This document shows, piece after piece, positions 27,174 to 41,403 of a stretch of DNA of 64,000 nucleotides; the first letter of the stretch is position 1, and each line of letters opens with the position of its first letter. The stretch is taken from contig OZ316891.1 of assembly GCA_973895155.1 (NCBI GenBank), positions 21,440,413 to 21,504,412 of the forward strand, in the 5' to 3' direction. Position numbers and translations under genes: made by a program. Origin of the DNA: Marsupella aquatica (lineage: Eukaryota > Plantae > Marchantiophyta). The notes beneath the pieces were generated by a model, which was not told where the DNA came from, did no database searches, and saw nothing but the letters and a program-made list of their open reading frames with translations.

Positions 27174-29412
27174 TCCCGAACTCCTCCCAACCCGGTTCTT
27201 GGCTCCTCCGGTTTAGCGAGTTGGGACCCGGTTTGGAGTCAGGGCTAGTCGAGGCCAGGCCCAAGGGTTAGGGTTTGGGGTCGAGTTAGAGGATGAGCAT
27301 TGGGATGGGTTGGGGTGGGGATTTGGATTTGAGGTTGGGTGGTGGCAGTGTCGAGTGGCTACGGCGAGTTAGGGTTTGAATGGCCAGGTCCACCAGGAAG
27401 AGCCCAAGCCAAGGGGGTTGTGGAAGGGCATAAGAGGAAGGCTTTATTTCATTCTGCAAGTGAATATGGCTTGGGTACCTGGACTAAATGGGGAGGAGAA
27501 AGGTAAATTTTGGTTTTGGTTTAAGTTTAATTTCTTTTGATTTGGTGTAAGCTAGTTTTGGGTTTTCTGTGGTTATTTTATAAGTCCCTTAGATAAATTA
27601 CAAAATTGATTAATGGAGGGATATAAAGAATTCTTTGTACGCGCATGCTCGAAGCTTTAGCTTGGCGTGCGATATTTTGTAAAAAACATTGCCTTAATAA
27701 CTTTATATCATTTTTCTATTAAGTAAAATACTTGAGAGGATGGAGATACCCATGTGCGCATGCTTGGAGCTTTGGCTTGGCGTTACAATTTCTTTCAAAA
27801 ATTTAATTGATAGATAAATGGTTGCTAAGTTATACGTATCCTATAACCTAGGTCAAAGTAGTGATATCAACAATTATGAGAGATTGAGAAATTTTTGTAC
27901 GTATTTTTGGAGCTTGGTGTTGAGATATTTCATTCAACATTGATACTATCATCCTCCAACTCGTTCTACTTTGTAAGAGCTGACTGCTACCCATTGCAAT
28001 ATCACCACGCTTGCATTTAGACTCCAAAATTATTGTGTGTTTCTCGAACACATCAAAATCATAATATACTCCTTCATGTTTTGCATCATAGGATCATTAA
28101 TGACATTTGTATTATTTTATCCTCATCAAATTGCAATTCCTATTGACCCATGTTTGCAAGATTTATAATAATAAAAACACATTTACTCATTCAACACAAA
28201 TTTGAACATTCATAAAGTAGCAATATGAACAAATAAAAAATACATTCTACTTCATATAACATGATTTAACATGCCAATGTTGATGTGGTAATTTGAGGGT
28301 ATTTATCTTCCTAATTTATAATTTCTAATCTCTAAGATAAAGACTATTTTGCAAAATAGTTTACAATCGTGAAATGTTTGAACCATTTTCAACTCCAAAA
28401 AGCACAATCATTTTTTCTCTTAATATTTGTGGTCATCATATTGTAGTATTGTACTAAGGACATAAATCAGCATTTAATGTCCAAAACTCGGTATTCAATC
28501 CCATGGAAGAACAAGAAAGGAATGATTTTCTATCGTTTAACACTTATGAATGACTAAGGTCACAAAAAACACAGGTTTGAGCCTTTTACTATGATTGCTC
28601 AGCAAGGCATAGATTTGAATGTTTGCTTAACATTGTAAATGCAATTAATAAAATGGAAACAAATAACAAAACACAATGAAATCTTGAGGTATGATGAGGG
28701 AGTCTGGAAAACACCAAGGTAACTTCTCATCAATACTTCATTTGATGTGATTTGGGTGATATATCCGTAAGAACATTTTTGGAATGGATTACTGTACTAG
28801 GATGATTACTAAAATGCCGTCAACACGTCTCAACTTTTCCTTCCAAAGGTACTCAGAAGAAACTAGTAATCAATCTCTTCGATATCCAGTCGGTACTCTG
28901 AGTCACGAATAATAAACACCATCATGATCAAATTGAAGTCACAGGTAATTGGTGAGTAACAATCTTTGCATCCCATGCACAAGCAATGTCACGCCAAAAA
29001 TTATGCATCAAGAACTCAAGAAGATGGGTTGTCACCACTTAAGGAATCTATTCCCTCATACTTCTGAGATTCAACTTCATACAAGTAATTTTACTTCAAT
29101 GATCTAAACTCTCAATCATTCAGACCAAGGAAGGGAGAAGAATTCCTTTGTATTTGCAAGCTCCATACCATACGAAAACACACGGAAGCTTTGCAAAGGT
29201 GATTATAGTACTGCAGCACATGCCACAGGCACTACTTTATTTTTTCACACTTGAAAATGACACATTCTACTTCATATAGGCTAGCAGGAACCCAAGGAGA
29301 CTGAAATACTGAAAGGACATGCCCTTTCATATCTAAAGGGTCTTGAATAAACTTAATGACGGTCATCCTTGAAAAGTGAATGGACACTGTTGAAAGTGTC
29401 AAAAATGCAGGG

Positions 29413-29996
29413 GACGCTTCAGAAAGCGTCGAGGTTTGAGCGGACGCTTTGCAAAGCGTCGGTGTTTGCGGTAAAACTAATAAACAGTGATTTTAATCTA
29501 ATTTTGACTTCTAAACTAAGAGTCGGAATGAGTTGAAACTTTTCTAGGGTACTCTACTACATATAGTCTATATGCTGGAAAAGTTTCAGACTTTTCTGAG
29601 ACTTCTAAGTGCCTCAAATAAATCGGTAAAAGTGGCGCGGTGTTATAAAAGTACGAAAACTGAAATTTTCTAAGTGTCGGGAACATAGTGGACGCTTCAG
29701 AAAGCGTCCAAAACTACAAAGGACTTTTATGGACGCTTCAGAAAGCGTCGGCTGAATTTCGAGGTTTTGGTCGCAGCGTCCATTTTCTGGGCTCCGGACG
29801 GGACGCTTCAGTGGGCGTCACAGTGTCGAGGTCACCTTCGGGGTAGCAGACGCTTCTGTGGGCGTCGCTCCTCATGTGGATTGCAGAGCGTCGGAGTACA
29901 ACTAGTTGGGTGGTGGACGCTTCAGAAAGCGTCGTGGTCTTTGGGTGGACGCTTCTCAAAGCGTCCAAAAATACAAGGGACGCTTCACAAAGCGTC
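29413..29996. repeat. cluster of nine 18-bp interrupted palindromes GACGCTT-N4-AAGCGTC, probably part of a non-autonomous DNA transposon
   Basis: Copies at 29413, 29443, 29691, 29732, 29802, 29849, 29916, 29948, 29979 (two have degenerate right arms). Confidence 0.85.
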
Positions 29997-32900
29997 GACG
30001 AAGTCGCGGCTATGCAAAAAACAGCAAAACTAAATTAATTTTAACTTTCAAATCACATGTTGGTTTGAGATGAAACTTGCAGGGATGATTCTACTACGCA
30101 ACTACTACCTCTTGAAAAAGTATGAGACTTTTCTGACCATGATAGCTATTTAACTAAAATAGCAGAGATCGGCTGATTGTGATAATTGTATATAGAGTTC
30201 ATTCTTGTTGAAAAAGTGTTTTGGAGGTCGGTTCTTGAATCTTCTAGTCTGCATTGCTTCTCCAATGATGTCCAGTCTTCTTTCTTGGTAGCATGTAAAG
30301 AGCAAGGATTTATATTGGCGATCCTTGTCCAATAGAGGCAATAGCCTCCGATGAAGCATAACATTAGGTAAAGTGTTCGGTTAATCTAAATTGCTACAAA
30401 AGGTAACTAGATTGTACCTTGAATTAGAAAAAGTTTAAAATTTATAAAATTTCCATCATTTCTAACTAATGTACAGCATTACACATATCACAGATAATGA
30501 TATCCAATTTGGGGTCATGTTCCGTGACATTCTAACCCTTGCCCAACCACCGTGTACTCATAGACATTCCATCCAAATTCTCTTGATGTAATATCTCAAA
30601 AATATTTCTCAAGGTATATACATGTTTTGCTTGATTGTACTCACTTGAAATAGACTAAATAAGCTTGAAGCCATTTGTGAATATTGTTTTTGGTAGGCAA
30701 TCCCTTTCTTTGCAATGGTGAGCCACATCAAATTCTCTGGTAATTTGCACTATGATTTATGCTTTGACAAGCCAAAATCATATAATCCAACATATACTTT
30801 GATAGTTATATCATTCTCGTGGTATCATGCGGAGAGACACTATCTCTTATGTACATCGTTATGTCTCTTGCATGTCCGTTAAGTATGTAGTTAGGATCAA
30901 TACTTGAGTTAAATTGTACCTGTTCTTGAACCAAGTTAGGACCATTCTTGAAGTAAACGCGTTTGTTAAAAGAATGTTTGGACTTGGCTTGCTTAGGGTA
31001 TGTCTCTCTTGAATGGTCATTGTCAGTTTTTCTTGAATCGCTATTGAGATAGAACTTTTTGGATAGTGCTTGTCAATTTTATACACGGATTTTAGATTGT
31101 GATTTGTTAGATACTCCCAACAGATCTTGACATCCCATCTATTTTTAGTTTAATTTCAGTACTTTATTTTTTATGTCTTTTATACAAAAAGAACTGTCGA
31201 GTTAGCGACGGGGAGAAGAAGATTGGAGATGTTTTGTTTCTCAATTGTTTGTGGTGGTTTTGAATTCTTTTATCAAAACCATTGCAATTTTTTGACAAAG
31301 ATTGGAACAATGGGTTGAAAGTTAGAAGGTTTTATATTATGTGTACAAGTGTATACACACAAAATTTCCCTGGAAATCCAAATTTTTTTTGGACGTAGCG
31401 TAACCTACTACCATGACTTATTGTTAATCAACTGCTGCAACTTGCTACTGTTGCACCCTCACCTACACTTCAACTCATTTTTTATGTAATCAGTAATTTG
31501 AACTCTCAACTTGATGACAATATTGGGATGCACAAGGTCCTATGCAAGGCTTAGTCCATCGAGGGCTCAGGGCCCATTTACAGCAATTAAAGCAAGAGCG
31601 GAAGAGTGAATCAACTTCCTCCTTTTGGGAGGAGATTTATTTATTTCCCATGGACAAGGCACGAGGCACAAGCAAGAGGAGAGGGCACAAGGTCCTATAG
31701 AGCATGAAAGAAAGAGCTAAAGTCAAATTTTTGTCTATTTGGAGTTCATTTTTCCAGGGCACAAGGCCTAAAGAGCATTTAAGGAATGGAGGGGCATGAG
31801 GCCTATGCAAATCATTAAGAGAGCATCGTGCCCTCGCCTTTGGACCTCTTCTTATTTCTTTCTTTTGCCTCACCTCGGTGCCTCACGTTTTGTTGTACGG
31901 TCTGCATGGGGCATCGTGCCCTTGATTTAAGTTAGAGTTATTTCATTCTTTTTTCAATTTTTGGTTGTGATCCCTCCTCACCATCCACCACACGCATATG
32001 ATCGGATGTCATCCAATCCTCACTTGGCCAATTTTCCTATCAACGTGTGCCTTCTTCATTTTTTGTCGTACTACAAGTTTTAGGGTCCACCTTGAGGCCC
32101 GATATATACACATAAGAGAGTCATGCCAATGCATACACATTGGACACTGATTGGTGCCCCTTATGTGTATAAACAAGGAGCCCGCATATACACTTAAGAA
32201 ATAGATCTTTTTTGCTATTTTTTGTTTAACCATAACATTCTTGCTTTGCATCATTTGCTTTATTTGTGAGTTAATTTTCTAGCCTTGGGGCTTCCACTTA
32301 TTTTTCTTGTTAGTTTATTTCCTTACAGTGCCTTGTATAACTGGAAATGAGAGAAAATATTTTCTTGTTGCTATCATTTTTTTTGGCACCTTGGGTGAGC
32401 ATGCAATATGTCAATAGAGGAGTCAAGTCATAGCAACTCACTGCCACCCAAGTACCATTTGTAAAGTGATCTACAACCATTTGTACCAATTTTATTAGAG
32501 TCTCAATATTTTTTATGGCGTCACCAAACAACAATAGCACCCATACCACCCAACCCGTCTTTTACATTTGGAGGTTATTTCAACACTACCTCAAAGTCTG
32601 TTATCATTTTTTACCATTTACTCTTTTTTCAAGGATTATTTTTTATTTATCGACATATAACATGGATGTCAGCCCTCATCTGGTTGCATTGAGCACTTAA
32701 GTGGACTGTATCCATGATTTATAGAAAGAGCATGTTGACTCTCATGAAATTAACCATGCATGACACTAAGTCATATATTATGATTAAAATAACAATTTAG
32801 TCATTAAAATAATGAATATAACAAACAATTTTGACTATGTTAATATGCTATTGAAGAGCTTCCCCTGATTTATATCTACAAATTAGTATGTTTCTAAAAT

Positions 32901-33849
32901 TAAGCTCTATACGACAAACTATTCAAATATCCCTAAAAGAAAATGAAATGGATAGATCATTAGGGGCTCTATTCAAATCCATGATGATACTAATAAAGAA
33001 TAAAAATAATATATCATAATAAAGAATAAAAATAATGCATTCTCATTTCTCTTGGTCTCGATATGATACAACTAGATAGACTAAAAGTTCATTAGACCCT
33101 ATTGTCTTATGTTTATCAAACAATAATTACTTATATATTTTCATTGTTTCACCACTAATACCATTTTAATCGTATTACAAGGACGTAAAGAGACACTATT
33201 TTGAATTTCTCACACCAGAAAAAGTAGATTTGAAAGTGCATTTTTGATCAAGTCTGTCGACTATTTTTCCCTTCACTGCTTTTGATCAAGTCCCATGGAC
33301 TGCACTCTCTATCTTCCTCTTCGTCTTTAGTGAAGTGCTATCACCACTCCTTTGGCTCATAGGGTCAACTAGACTTTGCAAACTTCTCTTAAAAATCCGT
33401 TTGGGAGGTTCTTTCACAGAAGCACACCAATACGGTTACGGAAAGAACACAACTATGAAAGAAAAATAAATCATAATATACAACAAAATTTGGATAGTCA
33501 TACTGAATCCATATCTTTTGGTGAACAATATAACACATTGTATGAGCAACCCTATCTCCTACCGTCTACTCAACTTATACCTCATTATGATGATTAGTAC
33601 TTCTCACCTCACTACTCCAGATGACTTTCCTCTCTATGTTGCAAGCTAGCACTTCAAATTCATTATAGACTGAGTTTTTCTTGCACTTACCAGGGATTGC
33701 TGTTAAGTACTAAAAACCAAAACACCCAAGCATCCAAGGGCACAACCTGGGCCACCGCTATTTCTATGGCGACGCCGCTAATCCTAACATCTCTAACCTA
33801 GAACATGCAATACATACATGTTTAAAATTCTATTCCTTATAGAGTGCCA

Positions 33850-35470
33850 ATAATATCTTCATCGACGTCTACCAATGACTATTATTTCCTACCATACTCC
33901 TCTGATTGATAACTATTTTCTTCCCCAGAGTGGCCAGACTGAACAAATGCCACCTGGTTCACCCCCTTCTTCATCAGAGTAGTTCTCCTAGAAGTTTGAC
34001 TCAAACATTCTCTTTGCCGAAAAGAGGCCAAAGCCTTTCATGTAGTGATGTACCCCTGGTTGATGACCACAACATTGACTGAAAAGGTTAATACTTCTTG
34101 CAAAATTTCCACTTCCGGGGAAACCGTAGGGGTAGCACTGGGTGGACAAGGGCCCTTTCGCTTCCCAAGACTTAAAACCTCAGTCCTCTTGTTTCTAGTC
34201 TCATAAGCGCTCTCTTGGCTATAGAGGTCCAAATCTGCTTCTTGAGGTTCTCGCTTTCCCCCAATGATTTTTTCAGGCTTATTACTTCCCCTTCAAGGTC
34301 ACAACCTGTTTTGCTTTCTTGGTCTTGGTGGCCAATATTCCTTGCAAGTGGGTAACTTGTTCATTAGCCTACTTCAGAGTGTCTTTGTTCAACGAGATGA
34401 CCTCCTCCAATGCTGCAACCTTGGCATTGGCCTGATCGAAGGCTTCTTTAGTAGTCTATCATAGTAGCAACCCTGTGTGGACACCCATACAAAACTCTCA
34501 TAGTTCAGCCAGGTACACCTCGGGAATGTCATACTCAAAGGCTTCCTCTGGATTATCGACCAACCTTCCAGCCACTCCAATGTATATTTTTTATCGTCCT
34601 CCTAATCTAACGTATCTATGATAATCATAGATGTCGACACTGTAAGTGCTCTTTGGCCCATTCCTTCAATGATTATGATAGCGATTCTTCTCACTTTGGT
34701 TGAGAAGGAAGGCAACACTCTCTCCTCACCCGGTGGAGGTGTGGGACCAGTTATGAGTCCCTTAGCCCTGGTCAGGATGAAGGATCCAATCACAAGAATG
34801 ATTATGTTTGGCTTGAGACTCCGGGGATCCACAACCAAGACCTTCCTTACACCGTATGCCCACCAACCATATGCATGCTCTAGGTGGTCCTTAATGTCCA
34901 TTGCAATGGTAGGTGCTCTCTCATGATAAAAGTAGATTATGGTCGATTGAGGATCCGCTTGTGCACCTTCCCTACGAACCCCTTGTATGTTGGATCCTTG
35001 AGTAAGGTGAGAGGATATTGGTCACCAGCATTGGCTCCCTCATTAACTCGGCTAAGTGATCTAGGGTGAGTAGTTTAGATAGCCCCATGGGATGAAATTT
35101 GAAATCTTGGTTGAAAAGCATCAAGAAGCTGACGACGTCAGCGTGAATGAACAACACGCTGAACAACTGTTAAAAACCGTAACTGAAATTGGGCCTTCAT
35201 TCAACAAAACCGGGCCTTCATTCTTGCCTCTATGTTTCAACTCTTCCCAACCTGGCACTTGATATCTAGTCTCACCAAATCCATAAGCCCGGTGGCTCTA
35301 AACAATTCTCCACTCTCCTCAAGGATTTTGGTGGTGGTCTTCGAGTATGCACTCTTGAAACTCTTGGGTGTCCTATTAGTTCCCTCCCCGCGATGGGCTC
35401 CCACTCCCAGTAAAAACTCTCTACCCCCTATGAACGGACCCTCCTCTAGTACCCCTTGTTATGGTTTTTG
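33850..35470 (-). pseudogene. highly degraded coding remnant, probably a retroelement accessory/coiled-coil ORF
   Basis: Stop-riddled but protein-like minus-strand frame (KEAFDQANAKVAALEEVISLNKDTLK; ILEESGELFRATGLMDLV); no diagnostic motif. Confidence 0.3.
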
Positions 35471-38400
35471 AAACAATAAAAATTTGTCTTCTTATTTAGA
35501 AAAGAACACATTTTAACAATACTTAATATCTTTGATATAATTATAAAGTCCAGATTTGAGGATTTTTATATAGGCTTCATTAGTTACATTTTCTTTGTTC
35601 AAAGATCTTCCCTCTCTTGGATCCAATGGGCAGGGATTTGCCCCATGTGGTTCCTCATAGGGCAGTTCAAAAAACCCACTCTATGTTGAGCATAGACGAC
35701 GATCGCAATGGCAAGCCCATGAACCATCCAACGCACAATAGTCGACACAAGAGATACATGGTTCACCTCCTTGAGGCTATGTCCATGGGAACACACAAGA
35801 GAGCTTTACTGAACTCTAAGCCCGTCGGCTATACCGAGTCTCCACAGTATAAGCTCTCCTTATCTCTCAAGTGGCTCCATAACAATGAGCCTTGGTTCTA
35901 CCTCTCCAAGCACACGTGCCTCTTATGATATAGTGTGCAACTTAGTTGAATGTACCTAACCACATAGTTGTACCTAATCACGTAGTTGTACCAACCCACG
36001 TTGTTGTACCAACCCACATTGTTGTACCAACCATGTCATACCTAACCTAGACGTAAGAGTAAATACCCAACACCCTAAACCCCTTAACATACCCTACCCT
36101 AAACCTCACAACCCCGCCCACAACTCACAACAGCATACCAAAAGGCATAGACATGTGTACCTATTAGATGATGCCATGTGTAGCACTAAGATGATACCGT
36201 GTGGCGGAGATGATTTTATACCCCCTTCCCAAAAACAAATGGGAGCGGAATATCAAGTGCCCTTCCTTATTTGGAAAGTGATATTTGTATAAAAGAGTGG
36301 GTTGCTTAGTTACAAGTCAATTCTAAAAATTATTTCAATATGAATTAAATTGACTCTTGAATCGTTCTCACGTCCGACCCTTTTTACCTAAGAGTGGAGG
36401 CCCAGGACCTTCCGAGTGGTCATGGCTCAGATCTTCTCCTTGATTTCTCTCTCTTTAGCCACGAGTGAGGCAATGTACTCTCGATGAGCCGCCTGATATG
36501 TGCAACCCAAAACTCAGGCCTATCCCTCATCCACTCCTCTTAGGCTCGTTCAGCCTCAAGAGTGCTCCCATAACCTGTCCCCACAACCACAGGCCCGAAG
36601 GGCCCCTCAACAGCCCCTGTACCCTACTTGGTTGACTCTTCTCACAATTCACGTACCCGGGGGGTTGTTGTCCATAATTCTCAACTCCCTTTCATTCTTC
36701 TCAAATTTCAGTAGCACTAAATCAGGAGGAGTGTCTTGGTAGAGAACCCACGCCCAAGAAAGAATGAAGAGTGAGGAATGGTAAGAAAAGCGGAGGGTTT
36801 AAGTAGATTCACAACAAAGTGTCCATTGAGTTGGTCACTCACCTTCCCAAATAAAATTGTCATCTAATATTCTTCTTGCTCATATTCTTCCAAGTGTAAC
36901 GACTATCATGGCTTGGGGTCATGCACCAACTACTCCGATGACAAAGCTAGCAACATATTTTTAGAGCATATCGTCCTTTAAAATATGCCCAACCACTTTT
37001 ATAATTTTTTCTCTGTAATACTCTGTATGTATAGGGAGACGTGTCGGCTTGTCCTCCTTCCTATTGTTTTACAAAACGTCCCGGGCTTAGCGTCCAGTCC
37101 TAGCCTTCCAAAAAGAAAAATGACTTATTCAAAAAAATGCCCAAGGCTTCACGCCCAGCCCTTTGTGCTCCTCGCTCTCATTTCCTCTTGGCTTGTGGTC
37201 CTATGTGTCTTTTTTCAGCTTGCCACCTGATCAAACCCCCCTCGAAGGCGTTCCTCTAGGCGCATTTCATATACCTCCTTTATTTGCTTGATTGCATCCA
37301 CCCTCGCTAGACATATCCTCCTCCCATATGGCCCACACAAATTATGTCCCACAATGAGAACCTCTCCAAAGCTTGATTTTGCCCATACAGTGTGAAATGG
37401 ACTTCTTTCAACTTTGTCAAGATCTTATCATAGTTTGCAATGTAATCAACAACAAACTTTCTACACCCTTTGAATTTTTTGTATCATCCTTCTCCTCCTC
37501 ACTTAGTACCTTGTTCATCCCGCTTATCATAAGTGCCAAGAGGGCCAAGAAGGACCTCACTTGATCAACGGCAGTATGTTCATTATGGAGCTCCTAGACA
37601 CACCAAGGATAGGTGTTTCTTACTCCATCCTAAGTTACGTACGGAGATGAGTACAACGCACACATGATCAAGGAAGAGGAGATAGGAGATGATGGTCATG
37701 GTTGTGGCCAAGATATGCCACATGCAAGGAGACAAGGAGGTGATGTTGCTCCTATTGTGATCACGAATCCTAAGGATGCTAAGAATGCTCAATTGGAGCA
37801 ACAACTAGTTGCTATGGCTTGTTCTTAGGTGAGACCTATTTTTGGTGATGAGGCTTCTACATATTATGGAGCTTCTACATCTTATAGGGCTGATGGAGAC
37901 CTTGCCAGTATGGGATTCATGTGTGACATTGCACATATTGATGCATCAATAGCTTTGACACATGGAGTAGCAAAAACCTTGAGCCCCAAGGAGCACTAGT
38001 GGAGCTAGATCCATAGAAGGGAGATGCACATCGTCAAAACAAAGCTTCCTCAGTCTTTTACCATGTTAGAGACAGTTCCAACTGCCTCTATAAACCCAAC
38101 TCGGAAAAACCCTAGTATGGGCAAATTGATAGAATCACATGATGTTGCAGCAGGGATGACAGACACCTTGTTGAGGGCGGCTACCACCATAGTGCGTGTC
38201 AACACCTTGCAATGGGGCTTCACTCTCCCTTAGAGTTAAATTCACCACTTATGTCCCTTCTTATCGTTGTCCAGGTTCCTAGGACGGGAAAATAGTAGGA
38301 CAGTAAGTCTATTTTTCTTAGACTGACTCCCTTCTTCTCCACTCACACACCCAACTAGGTAGTTTTATTTCCACCGTTGGCAAGCTAGATAACCTTGAAC

Positions 38401-38590
38401 GGTGGTTATCACTCCCTTGCTTCCCCACTAGGAAGCACTCACACAACCTCGCTCCCGATCTCAACACGGCAAGCAACTCCACAAGTTGTGCCCATAGACT
38501 CTCGCTATGATCAGTCTATTTATTAAAATTGGAAATTTCTTTGATCTTTGGACATTTAGGCACCAAAAAATATATATTTGGGCACAAGAA

Positions 38591-38892
38591 TTGTACATTT
38601 GAACAGTCGGAGTTGTACATTTGGGCACCAGATGTTGTACATTTGGGGGATCAAGATTGTACATAGGAGAAAATAAAATATTAATTTGGATTCTAAAAAA
38701 ATATATTTGGGTGATAATAATGTAAAATATGTTGGATAAGAAGTAGAACTTACTTACATTGATTGAATTTGACTAATAGAATATAACTATCTAGTAAAGC
38801 TTCAATATGATCTCTACCCATATAACTAGTAAAGCTTCAATATGATCTCTACCCATAGAACTAGTAAAGCTTCAATATGATCTCTACCCTTA
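38591..38892. repeat. subterminal repeats: TTGTACAT at 22-bp spacing (x4) and a 35-bp tandem repeat (x3)
   Basis: ttgtacat at 38591, 38613, 38635, 38657; ctagtaaagcttcaatatgatctctaccc at 38791, 38826, 38861. Confidence 0.85.
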
Positions 38893-39352
38893 GCTAGCTA
38901 AATTAACCTTCTACTTAGTTACTAATTGAGAATATTTAATATATTAAATTTGAATGATACCTGGCTTACTATCCATTCAGACAAGTAATTTGTTACATTC
39001 TAAGCAACTCGAGTTGAAACTAAGGTTTACTAGTAAGAGACACTCACATCCTATCATGGATATTAAGATTTCATGTAATATATAGTCTGTATTGATATAA
39101 TAATTAATTAAAGCAATTATAAAGGTATCCAAGTCCAATTACCTCCACCTATTCAAACTAGTATCCCAAAATATTATAATAATTAGTTACTTAAATAGAT
39201 ATACTACTTAGTACTAACCAACAGTAAGTACTAAATACATGTCTGATTCCAAACTAATTGACATAGTCTCCCTCACTCTGACATGTCTAATTCCAAACTA
39301 AATGACATAGACTCCCTCACTATGACAGAGTGACTACTAAAAAACATTTGAC

Positions 39353-40345
39353 TTACTCAACAATCCCTTCCATGTAGGTTTTGAGTGTTTTCAAAACATT
39401 CTTGGGAATGGTCAAACCTCTATCAATTATATTTTCTTCTCTAGAGCGTGACTTGAATCCATACATAGCAGAATTAGCAAATTGCCAACATTCAGTGGCA
39501 CTGTCAAACCCAGGATCCACCTCCCAAGTCTTAGTGGTCTGAAAGCAACGTGAATATCGCACATGATCCGGTGCATCATGCTTACCATGTTTAGGCCTCC
39601 ACCATTGCACTTGGAACATAGGTCTGGAGCATACCGTGTACTAGTAGGAGAATTCTCATTGCATTGCAAGTCTCCTGAAGGAACTTCATGGTTTGGGTCC
39701 ACAACACCCAAAGCTCTCACCAACCAGAAATGTTCTTTCCCATTCTTCTTTTCCCATTCATCCTCTGGACGGAGAAATACAAAGTGACCCTCTTGAATGT
39801 CCTGTAGAGGAATCCAACGTGCAAGTTCTCGCTCGTGTCGAGCGCCAACAAATGTTGCAGCTTGATCCTCCATCTCTTCTAGGTACTCATTCTGAAGCTC
39901 TACCATTTGTGGATTCTGTGTACTACTACTAGGCTCCCCAATGGTTCAGAGGTTCCTGTACTGTTAACCTTGTAACCAGTTCCGTGGTTGGTTTTTGGCC
40001 AGAATTCATATGTCAATGCTAACTGTATTTCTGCCTCCCCTTCAATTGTAAGCTCCCCACATAATACTTGCACCACCATCTCCCAATATTTCATCAAAGG
40101 AAACCGCTCACGATATGCTGTAGAGGTCTCATCCTTACAACTCTTCTTCAAAAACTCAATGTAACGATTAAGGAATGGGATGATTTCTTCAACCTTGCCT
40201 TGTACATCCCCAAAGATGGGTTTTGCAAATGATTGACCTTCTGGTAAAACCTTGCAACCGTTGGGGAAGAGCTTCAGACCCATCTAGACTCAGCGCATCA
40301 GATCCATCGCACCATTAAATGTAATTCATCATCTTTGTTCATTGT
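39353..40345 (-). pseudogene. 3' part of a frameshifted element-encoded protein, possibly the C-terminus of a 5'-deleted transposase
   Basis: Three overlapping ORFs (39900-40283, 39427-39906, 39353-39619) read as one protein ending in a beta-barrel-like segment GHFVFLRP...FWLVRA...FQVQWWRP; no DDE core visible. Confidence 0.45.
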
Positions 40346-41403
40346 TCAGGTTTAACTCGAGATCATCTCGAGCTTCAATTGGTCCACTTGTTTCTGGATT
40401 CCTTGGATGCAGTTGAAGCTCGAGATCATCTCGAGCCTATTGATGTTTTCTACATTACTTTGCTTCAAAATTTTATGATCGATCAATTGATTTTGCATTT
40501 GATGTAAGTGGCATAAGGCTCGAGATCGTCTCGAGCCAATATGCATTTCCTGCATGTTACCTAGTCAGATTTCTTCAAGTTGGAAACTCTTATCCTTCAA
40601 AAGTGAACATCATATCCAAAATATCTAAAATTTCCTTCCTCCAGGGACTTCTGTACCCTCCAACTCGTTCTGATCATTGACATCCGAACGGGTTTGTGGG
40701 TATCAAAAGTCAATGGAGAAAGTGGATTTTAATCATTGATTGAATATGATATTCGGATCACTCGTTTGAGATGTTAGGCTCGAGATCGTCTCGAGCTAAA
40801 TATATTCATCACCATCTTCCATTATGTTCATTCGTATCCCTTGGCCAATTTCTTTCAGTTGGAAGGATTCCATGTCGTCTACTTCAATTACTAATATCCT
40901 ATTCAATGTGATCCAAGCTTGCCTTTTGGACCACTTTCTTAGTCCTCCAACTCATTTGTGAAGATGACAAACCACTGAGTTAGAGGGTTTTGAATGTGGT
41001 CGAATAGGTGACATTGGATCATTCTTGAAAATGTTGTTCGTTAAATTTGACTGGTTTATGATATGCAATGGAATAAAACCTCAACTGATATATATGAGGA
41101 TCGAGATCATCTCGAGCCCTTGTCTTTTTCTTTGAAACAGATGATGGCTCGAGATCATCTGATCTCGAGCCTATTGTGGTTCCTAACTATTGTGTTATCT
41201 TTTTAGATTTCTTGGGGTTGAAATCTCTTTTTAAATTCCCTAGATGAAATGTGGCATTGAAACATGTCAGACTACAGTGCATAAAACCGTCAACTCAGCT
41301 GTCCTAAAAATGAAGAAAGATCAAGATCATCTCGAGCCACCTATTTATTTCTTGGTTTTGTGGTACATGTTTCTGACAATTGCTACATTTTTGGCTGTAC
41401 CAG

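Noticed and set aside
27840-29380. Degenerate protein-like frames right of the copia
   Set aside because: Too many stops and no diagnostic motif to assign a family.
41244-41403. N-terminal 53 codons of the 575-aa ORF as real protein
   Set aside because: T-rich, contains a palindrome copy and ends in a good acceptor (tgtaccag at 41403); more likely intron read-through.
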